From the NCBI GenBank assembly GCA_052168235.1, contig JBQLZK010000015.1, positions 32,001 through 96,000 of the forward strand: a DNA stretch of 64,000 bases, written 5' to 3'. The position numbers and the translations under genes were made by a program. Position 1 is the stretch's first letter, and the number at the start of each line of letters is the position of its first letter. The notes below the pieces were generated by a model, which saw only the letters and a program-made list of their open reading frames with translations, had not been told where the DNA came from and did no database searches. Shown piece after piece: positions 29,430 to 37,700 of the stretch. The stretch is from Thainema sp. (GTDB taxonomy: Bacteria; Cyanobacteriota; Cyanobacteriia; Phormidesmidales; Phormidesmidaceae).

Positions 29430-29960
29430 ACAGCAACAGTGTTGTTCGTCAGTCTAATTAGATGATGGAGTTAGGAGCAATTACGTTTGCGCAAGTGTGT
29501 GCTCCATGTGATTCAGTAGTGTGCTCTCACTCCCAGCAAGACACTAAACTCATCACTAGCACAAGAGCGCCACCCTGCAACTTACGCATCGAGGCCAAGT
29601 TTACTACAACGCATCCAAATCTTGTCCACCATTATCGCTAGCAAAAACTTCTTAGTACCTATCGCGGTGTTCCTACTACAACAACAAAGCACTATTAGTT
29701 TCAAATTCAGCCGCTGAAGACTCCCAACTGGCGCACCATGCGATTTTGCGGCAAACGATATATCGCTCAGCCATCTTCCCTGTTCAGCATGGCTTAATTT
29801 CCAACCTTATGAGAACCTGAAAGCCGCGGTGAGGTAGCGGAGTATCTACAGCGCTTTCAGCAGGTTCCCGACTGCTTGCCGTCTTCGATCCTCGTTGATG
29901 TATGGATCAAGACGAATGATTAATTTGGATATGTATAACAGAACCCGATCATTGGCAGTA

Positions 29961-30018
29961 GTCAATGCTAGTTGATGCTAGTTGATGCTAGTTGATAATT
30001 ACACTAAACATTACACTA
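29961..30018. repeat. short direct repeats
   Basis: GTTGATGCTA-type 10-mer at 29961 (degenerate), 29971, 29981 and partial at 29991; ATTACACTA at 29998 and 30010. Confidence 0.75.
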
Positions 30019-30138
30019 CGTTTTCAAGCAACAGATTTCAGTGCCATTAACCCAGATATATCAACCATGCTGATTCCACGTGGTGGGCACTTTTTATTGT
30101 TGAGTGCTACAAAGAGCCAGGTTCGTGTTTGCGTACTT

Positions 30139-30180
30139 ATTCGTGTTAGTTTAATAAATTGCCATAAAGAGGACACGAAT
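30139..30180. other. ATTCGTGT-N26-ACACGAAT site, copy 1
   Basis: 8-bp inverted arms with a 26-bp spacer; same geometry as 32913-32954. Confidence 0.65.
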
Positions 30181-30592
30181 GAATGCGCAACAGTTGGGCA
30201 TCCCCCCTCTTAGAATGGCCCACCTCTGCGATCGCATTACATGCTCAAGGTGAGATGAGCCATCTGCCTCCCTTAGGAATCGTAAACTTTGGTATCCGCC
30301 CTGCGGAATCCCCAACATCAACGGGGTAGTCTATTAGCAAGGAGCTAAAAAACTCCTCGTTCAAGGAACAATTCAATTGCTCAGTAAAAGGAGGTCAGTA
30401 TCGATTTCCGATTGAATCTGTTTCACATCCAACTAACGGCATCCAACTCGGTTGTTGATATTTCCTAAACTTAACGATAGAGAGTTTTGCTGCGCATTTG
30501 CAGCACTCTAGCTAGTCTCAACTCATGTAGGAAATCACTCAGCGTTGCCAGTCTGGATGCCGTTATTGTCATTTTTTTAGCATCAAAAATTA

Positions 30593-32812
30593 TCACAACT
30601 GATACTCGGAAATGTTGGCGTTGATGCGCCAGTCTAGCAGCGTATATCGCTGGCGATCGCGCACCTGTCCGACTGCGATCGCAACCGCTTTCTTGGGGCC
30701 AACAATAATCGCTAACTGCTTGGCGCGGGTGAGTCCGGTATAGAGCAGATTACGGGTCAGCATCAGGTAGTGCTGCGTAAACAGCGGCAGAATCACCACC
30801 GGATATTCACTGCCTTGCGACTTATGAATCGTGACCGCCCAGGCTAGGGTCAGTTCATTCAAATCGGCTGCGTCATAGGTGACCCACCGCTGGTCGTACT
30901 GCACCGTCACTGCCTGCTCCTCGGCATCAATCTCGGCGACGGTACCTAAGTCGCCATTGAAGACATCTCGCTCATAGTCATTCAACTGCTGCAACACCCG
31001 ATCGCCCACCCGCAGGATTTGACTGCCGCGATTCAGCTCTGCGGCTTGGGGATGGGCCGGATTCAACCAGGTTTGCAGCACCTGATTAAGATTACGAGTG
31101 CCCATCGTTCCCCGGCGGGAGGGACAGAGGACTTGCACATCGCGGACGGGATTGAAGCCTAAGGTTGGAATCAGTTCCTGGATTAGGTCTTTCATGCCTT
31201 GAATACCTGGTTCCGGTTCCGGTGCTCCGAGCCAGAGGCAGTCGCTACGCGGTCGGGGAGAGACTGATTCCAGCTGAGGAAAGTCGCCGTGGTTAATTCG
31301 GTGGGCATTGACGACAATCTGACTGGCCTGAGCTTGCCGAAACACCTGCGTCAGTCGCACCACGGGAATGCAGCCGGAGTCGATCAGGTCGCGCAGCACG
31401 TTACCGGGGCCAACGCTGGGCAACTGGTCAATATCGCCCACCAGCAGTAAGTGCGCCTGGGTCGGAATCGCTTTGAGCAGGGCATTGGCCAAAAACAGAT
31501 CCAGCATGGAGGCTTCATCAATCACGACGGCATCGGTATCTAAGGGGTTGGCTTCATGTCGCTGGAAGCTCAGGTGGCTGGGATCAAATTCCAAGAGGCG
31601 GTGAATGGTTTTAGCCTCTTTGCCCGTCATCTCACTCAGGCGCTGGGCCGCTCGACCGGTGGGAGCCGCCAGCAGTAGGCGTTTTCCCATCGCGTGCCAG
31701 AGGGCAACGATGGTGCGGGTGGTAAAGGTCTTACCGCAGCCGGGGCCGCCAGTCAGAATCAGCACCCGTTGGCTAGCGGCCATTTCCACGGCTTGCTGTT
31801 GTTCGAGGGAGAGCGGCAGACCCGTGGTGTCAATCACACGCTGAATCCAGCGCTGGACACGGGCTACATCGACTGCTACAGGGTGCGAGAGGAGCAGTTG
31901 CACCTGCTGGGCTAGGTGTTGCTCGGCGGCGTAGAAGGCGGGTTTGTAGCAGCAGGCTTGCTCATCGTGATGATGCAGGATCAGCTCTTGTTCGCTGGCC
32001 ATCTGCTCAATCAGCGGGTCTAGGACTTCGGGATGGGGCTGATGATCCTCAATCGTGAGCCGCTTCATCGCTGTCTGCACCAGTTCTGTTCTGGGCAGAT
32101 AGCAGTGGCCTTGATCAGCGGCTTCACTCAGGACATGAACCAGTCCGGCCCGGTAGCGGAATTCGGAGTTGGGGGCAATGCCCAGGTTACGGGCAATCGC
32201 ATCGGCGGTGACAAAGCCAATGCCGTAGACATCGGTGGCGAGACGATAGGGGTTATGGGTAACAACGGCGATGGCATCGTTGCCGTAGGTTTTATAGATT
32301 TTGACGGCATAGGTGGTGGAGACACCATGACCTTGCAGGAACAGCATCACCTCTTTAATCGCCTGCTGTTCGATCCAAGCAGCTTGAATTAGCTCAATCC
32401 GTTTGCGCGCGATACCGGGCACTTCAATCAGTCGCTCGATATCCTGTTCAATCACATCCAGCGTTTCTAGGCCAAAGTGATTGACGATGCGACGAGCGGT
32501 GACGGGGCCAACGCCTTTGATTAAGCCGCTGCCGAGGTACTTTTCAATACCGGTCAGAGTGGCGGGTTTGGTTTCCTGGTAGTGCTTGACTTGAAATTGG
32601 CTGCCGTATTTGGGATGTTCTCGCCAGAAGCCGAACAGCTTGAGGGTTTGGCCGGGTTCGATATGGGCAAAGGTGCCGACAATGGTAATCAGCTCCGGTT
32701 CGCTGGTGACGTTGAGGCGAGCGACGGTATAGCCGGTATCATCGGCATGGAAGGTGAGGCGTTCGACAACGCCATGCAGATGAATTAGGGCGGGCAGATC
32801 GGCAGCAGTCAT
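30593..32812 (-). CDS. recD2: RecD2-like SF1B helicase
   Basis: YLGSGLIKGVG, HhH region, GGPGCGKT, APTGRAA, IDEASM, VGDIDQLPSVG, TIHKSQGSE, LYTGLTRAK. Confidence 0.95.
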   Translation of the reverse strand: MTAADLPALIHLHGVVERLTFHADDTGYTVARLNVTSEPELITIVGTFAHIEPGQTLKLFGFWREHPKYGSQFQVKHYQETKPATLTGIEKYLGSGLIKGVGPVTARRIVNHFGLETLDVIEQDIERLIEVPGIARKRIELIQAAWIEQQAIKEVMLFLQGHGVSTTYAVKIYKTYGNDAIAVVTHNPYRLATDVYGIGFVTADAIARNLGIAPNSEFRYRAGLVHVLSEAADQGHCYLPRTELVQTAMKRLTIEDHQPHPEVLDPLIEQMASEQELILHHHDEQACCYKPAFYAAEQHLAQQVQLLLSHPVAVDVARVQRWIQRVIDTTGLPLSLEQQQAVEMAASQRVLILTGGPGCGKTFTTRTIVALWHAMGKRLLLAAPTGRAAQRLSEMTGKEAKTIHRLLEFDPSHLSFQRHEANPLDTDAVVIDEASMLDLFLANALLKAIPTQAHLLLVGDIDQLPSVGPGNVLRDLIDSGCIPVVRLTQVFRQAQASQIVVNAHRINHGDFPQLESVSPRPRSDCLWLGAPEPEPGIQGMKDLIQELIPTLGFNPVRDVQVLCPSRRGTMGTRNLNQVLQTWLNPAHPQAAELNRGSQILRVGDRVLQQLNDYERDVFNGDLGTVAEIDAEEQAVTVQYDQRWVTYDAADLNELTLAWAVTIHKSQGSEYPVVILPLFTQHYLMLTRNLLYTGLTRAKQLAIIVGPKKAVAIAVGQVRDRQRYTLLDWRINANISEYQL

Positions 32813-32909
32813 TAGGGCAGCAATCAGGCAAGAAATGGGGCTGGCTTAATCATAGCGAGGATGAATAAGGACATTATCAAAGTGCGATCGCACTTTCAAT
32901 GTCACAAAC

Positions 32910-32957
32910 TTTATTCGTGTTATTTTGGTTTCATGCAATTTAAGTAACACGAATAAA
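32910..32957. other. TTTATTCGTGTTA...TAACACGAATAAA site, copy 2
   Basis: 13-bp perfect inverted arms; the core 8-bp arms are separated by 26 bp. Confidence 0.7.
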
Positions 32958-32997
32958 TTGTCAGGCGGGCAGTCATGTGTAGAGATTGGTTGGAAGG

Positions 32998-33074
32998 TGA
33001 GATCGCAACTAAAAAGCCCAATCACGAAGACTAGGCTGAGGTGAGCTTGGTCATGGGGTGGAGTTGCGATCTCA
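32998..33074. other. long stem-loop downstream of the NRPS operon
   Basis: TGAGATCGCAACT (32998) / AGTTGCGATCTCA (33062) 13-bp perfect inverted repeat with partial inner pairing. Confidence 0.5.
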
Positions 33075-33237
33075 ATTCACAAAGGCAGTGCCAAACTGTT
33101 CTACAAGAAAATGGCGCAAGCGCTGATATCCCAACCGAGAATGGCGAAGGGAAACCGCTCAACGTAGACGATCAGAAAGATGAGCTGCCTCTGGGAGTCC
33201 CCCAGCAGAGCTGGGGGTTTACCCGATTAAATTATCT

Positions 33238-34665
33238 TTAATTCCCTTCTGTATTCAGATTAACCATGCTCTGCTGTACAGCAGCAAGAATTTGCTGTAA
33301 ATCCGCTTCAGTATGGACAGTCGAGAGAAACCCGCCACCACCCCGCAGTAAGATGCCTTGATGGAGCAAGTGATAATAAATCAAATCCGGCTGAGGGACG
33401 GTGAGCGAGCCGCTGAAAATCCGAGGTGCTTCTGTCGCAACTGGGCCAAATAGAGAACCAAAATGAGCCATTCGTATCGGGATATTCTCGGCTGCAAAAT
33501 AGGTATTCAGTTGCTTAACAAATTGAGCTGTTTTTTGATTCAGGCGTTCTTGTAGCGCTGGACCTTCATCAATGAGCCGCTGTAGCACAGCATGAGCGGC
33601 AGCCATTGCGAGGGGGTGTTTGCAGAAGGTACCTGCAAAAAAGGTAGGCTGGACAGTAGGAGCAGAGGCATCACCATAGTTCCACCTGCCACCATCAATC
33701 TGATCGAGATATCGGGCTTGACCTGCGATCGCACCAATGGGCAATCCACCACCGATAATTTTTCCGTACGTGGCTAAATCTGCTTGTACGTCAAACCAGG
33801 CTTGTGCACCACCGGGATGAATCCGAAATCCGGTGATCATCTCATCAAAAATTAGGACAATGTCAGCATCACGAGTGATTTGGCGCAAATCGCGCAGAAA
33901 ATCGGTGGGCTGGAGGTTAGGCCGAAATGTTTGCACGGGCACGACCAGAACTGCTGCCAGTTCTGAAGCCTGAGCCTGAATCTGTTCTAGAGCTTGAGGA
34001 CTGCCGTAGTCCAAAACTAGTACATCTTGCACCATGTTGGTCGGAGTACCAGGTGAGATCGCAACGGTCTGAGGTTGACCATCAACAGTTTGCTGTTGCG
34101 CAAGGGTGCCGTCAAAGTGACCATGATACGAACCCGAAAAGAGGGCAATTTTCGAGCGACCTGTGGCAGCCCGAGCTAAACGAATCGCGGTCATGACAGC
34201 TTCAGTTCCGGTATTGCTGAAGGCGACGCGCTCCATACCAGTCAATTGAGTGATGGCAGTGGCAACGGCTCCAGCCAGCTCAGTTTGCGGCCCAAGCTGA
34301 ATACCGCGATCCAGCTGTTCCATCAGAGCAGCTTTAATAAAGGGTGGATTGTGACCAAATAAGTTAACTCCCATACCCATCGTCACATCGATATATTCGT
34401 TTCCGTCAATGTCCCAAATCCGCGAACCTTGAGATCGCCCAGCCACAATGGGATAGGCCATTTCTTTAGTGAGCAAGTTAAAGCCCGATACTGCTCGCTG
34501 ATCGGCCAGAACGGGACGATAGGTTTCTGCCCAAGCTTTGGAGCGGCGAGTTCGCTGGGTGTAGTCGGCGATCAGCGCCTCAAGGTGTTGGCGCTGTTGC
34601 GGAGACAGTGCTTCAGCCGCTGAGGAGGGGATGAGCTGGGGAGAAGAAAGAGGTGTTGTAGACAT
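33238..34665 (-). CDS. class III PLP aminotransferase resembling PKS/NRPS AMT domains
   Basis: WDIDGNEYID, SNTGTEA, SYHG, LIFDEMITGFR, TYGKIIGGG; ATG 34665 preferred over the track start. Confidence 0.9.
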   Translation of the reverse strand: MSTTPLSSPQLIPSSAAEALSPQQRQHLEALIADYTQRTRRSKAWAETYRPVLADQRAVSGFNLLTKEMAYPIVAGRSQGSRIWDIDGNEYIDVTMGMGVNLFGHNPPFIKAALMEQLDRGIQLGPQTELAGAVATAITQLTGMERVAFSNTGTEAVMTAIRLARAATGRSKIALFSGSYHGHFDGTLAQQQTVDGQPQTVAISPGTPTNMVQDVLVLDYGSPQALEQIQAQASELAAVLVVPVQTFRPNLQPTDFLRDLRQITRDADIVLIFDEMITGFRIHPGGAQAWFDVQADLATYGKIIGGGLPIGAIAGQARYLDQIDGGRWNYGDASAPTVQPTFFAGTFCKHPLAMAAAHAVLQRLIDEGPALQERLNQKTAQFVKQLNTYFAAENIPIRMAHFGSLFGPVATEAPRIFSGSLTVPQPDLIYYHLLHQGILLRGGGGFLSTVHTEADLQQILAAVQQSMVNLNTEGN

Positions 34666-34733
34666 AGAATTTGTTGGATAAAGGGCGAGTTGTAGGAGAG
34701 ACGAATAGCGACTCGTCCTCACATGAAAATTTC

Positions 34734-37700
34734 CTAGACTGTTTGAGGCAAGTTAAAGAAGCCGCTGCGACTGAAATAGGTAAGATAGCGCTGCAACAGT
34801 GGCGGATCGATTGCCGGACAAGTGATTGCGCTGTCCATTAGTTCTGTGCAGGTCTTCTGACAGTCGAACTGCCGATCGTCAGCATCGAGCGACTGGGCAA
34901 CCGTGGCTGCTGTTGCTGAGTTCATGGCATTATCTACGGAAGTATCTGCAAACAGAATCATCAATGGATAGAGAGGATGATCCTGCACTCGATCATCGAG
35001 CGTTTTCAGGTGTGATTGCCACTGCTCGGTCAGGGTATGTTGCCACTGCTCATATGAAACAAGTCGTAGGGGATAGCTAAGTGCCTGAATCTGCTGCACT
35101 AAGCTGCACCAAGAGATCGAGCGGGGGTTGCACAGATGGAATGCCTGCCCCCAAGTGGTTGAACGTTGAGAAAGATGCACAATCGCCTGACTGATGTAGT
35201 CCACTGGCGTCATATCGACTTGGGTTTCAACTGCCGGAGCACAGCCCAAGTAGAGACAACCCCGCAACATCAGCGATAAGCGATCGCGCGTATTGCAAAT
35301 GCCCGTCTGCTGATGACCCAGAATGCGTCCGGGTCGATAAACAGCGACGGGAACACCGCGATCGCAAGCCGTCCAAAGTAAGTTTTCCGCAACCCATTTA
35401 CTGCGGGCATAGCCGCCAAGCGGGGGTGGCACTTGGGAAAGATTAGTCTCTTCGGTAATTGCACCTGCCGCAGAATCCAATCCCGAAAAGACGCTGAGGG
35501 TGGAAACATAGGCAATTGGTTTGAGTTTGACTTGAGTTGCCAACCTGAGCAATGCTTGCGTTCCGAGTACATTGGCGGCTCGCACAGCGGTGTAGGGATA
35601 AGCTAAATTGACCGATGCTCCATTGTGATAAATGCGATCAACTTGATAGGCTAACGCTTGAAATTCTGCCTCGGTCAAACCTAAGTTAGGCTGCGATAAA
35701 TCTCCCACCACAGGCGTGATCCGGTCGGCATAATCGTCTCGCCATAGCTGGTAGTGATGAAGATGCTGCCGAAGCCGCTGTTGAGCGCTGTCGTAATCTG
35801 CTGCTCGGATTAGACAGTGAATGTGAGCTGATGTTTGCTGAAGTAGCTCGTGCAGCAGAAACGCTCCCAGGAATCCGGTAGCGCCTGTCAGCAGCACATG
35901 TTCAGGTTGGGCTGACGGTTCAATTAAATCGGGGGTTGGTTGAATCGTGGTATCTAACTGGAGGTCTTGATGCAGCAGATCATCACGCTGTTTGAAATCG
36001 CACTGTAATGTTCTACTTTGGCACTGATTAATCCGCGCTCTCAGTGCTGCAATAAAGGCTTGCGCCAGAGTGGCAATAGTTTGTTCGTGATGTTGATGGC
36101 GGCTGTACGTCCATTCAACATAGAGCTTGCCGTCAGCAACCAGTCCCACCACTTCAATGAGGTGTGTTCGATGATTATGGGAACTGCGCGTCCGCCCTTG
36201 CGATTCTTCAGCGGGTTTGAACAGCTTGGACTGGGTAAAGACCTGATCAAACTGTCCCAAATAGTTGAACTTTATCTGAGGTTGCGGCAGTTGCATAATC
36301 GGTTGCTCAGCAGCCAAATAGCGTAGGGCACCATAGCCAATGCCGCGATTGGGGATGTGCTGGAACTGCGTTTTGATGGTCTCTAAAGCTGCTTGCCAAG
36401 TAGCGATTTGCAGCGGTAAACAGACTGGATAAACCGACGTAAACCAGCCCAACGTGCGAGACAGATCGACCGATGAGAACAATGGTTCTCGCCCGTGGCC
36501 TTCCAAGTCTACCAATACTGTAGGCTGATTGATCCAGGGCTGAAACGCTTGTGCTAGAGCCGTTAGCAGCACTTCATTAATATGAGCCTGATCGGCTTGA
36601 GGAACAGTCTGGAGTAGAACTTGAGTTTCCGCCGCTGTGAGTTCAACGGTAAACGTCTGAGTCGATGCGATCGCAGTTTGTTCCTCGGTCACATCCACTG
36701 GAATTGCCGTTACTCCAGCCTGTAAATTGGATTGCCAAATTGCTAATTCCTGCTGGAGTTCGGACGACTGAGCATACTGCTGAAGCTGGTTTGCCCACTC
36801 TTGAAACGAAGTAGTTTTGGCAGGAAGCTGAGCGACTTGCCCCTGACTCAGCTGCCTATAAACCGTCTGAAAGTCCTCCAGCAGAATCCGCCACGACACC
36901 CCATCAATCACTAGATGGTGAACGATAATCAGCAACCGCTGCGGTTGATCTGCACCGAGATTAAACAGCGCGACTCTCACTAAATCGCCAGAATCAAGAT
37001 TGAGATTACCTTGTAAGCGATTGGCATGAGATTCAATGACAGCCGCCTGTTCAGCACCGGGGCAATCAGCCAAGTCAATGACTTCTAGAACTGGATGAAC
37101 CCTTGAAGTGGGCAAAATTTCCTGCTGCCATCCGGATTCGGTGTGGACAAAGCGCGATCGCAAATTATCATGATGCTCGATTAAATGCTCAATTGTCTGC
37201 TCTAAGAGTCCTGAGTCTAATGTTTGACGGCACTCTAGCAGCACGGCCTGATTCCAGTGATGCGGCTGAGCAAACTCCTGCTCAAAGAACCAACGTTGAA
37301 TTGGTGTCAGCGGCACGATTCCAGTTACGTCTCCCTGTTCCGCTTGTGCTTGGCTCTCAGTCCCCGCTACAGATGCTAATCCTGCAATAGTCTGATGTTC
37401 GAACAGTTGCTTCGGCGTGAGACTCAGCCCAGCTTGATTGGCTTTGGCAATCACTTGAATGCTGAGAATTGAGTCACCACCGAGACTGAAGAAGTTGTCA
37501 TGAATGCCAACCTGCTCCAGTCCTAATACGTCTGCCCAGATTTGCGCTAGTACTTGCTCAGCTTGAGTTGTAGGTGGAGCGTAGGATGACTGAGACTGCA
37601 AAGTTTCTGGCACTGGTAGCACTTGCCGATCTACTTTGCCATTGGGTGTGAGCGGTAGTGCATCAAGAACTGCGATCGCACTTGGCACCATATAATCTGG

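Noticed and set aside
29961..30018. Repeats as a CRISPR array
   Set aside because: Units are 9-10 bp with no unique spacers, and no cas genes are present.
29992..30213. 73-aa ORF in the intergenic gap
   Set aside because: TTG start inside a tandem repeat, no RBS, and it runs across the inverted-repeat site.
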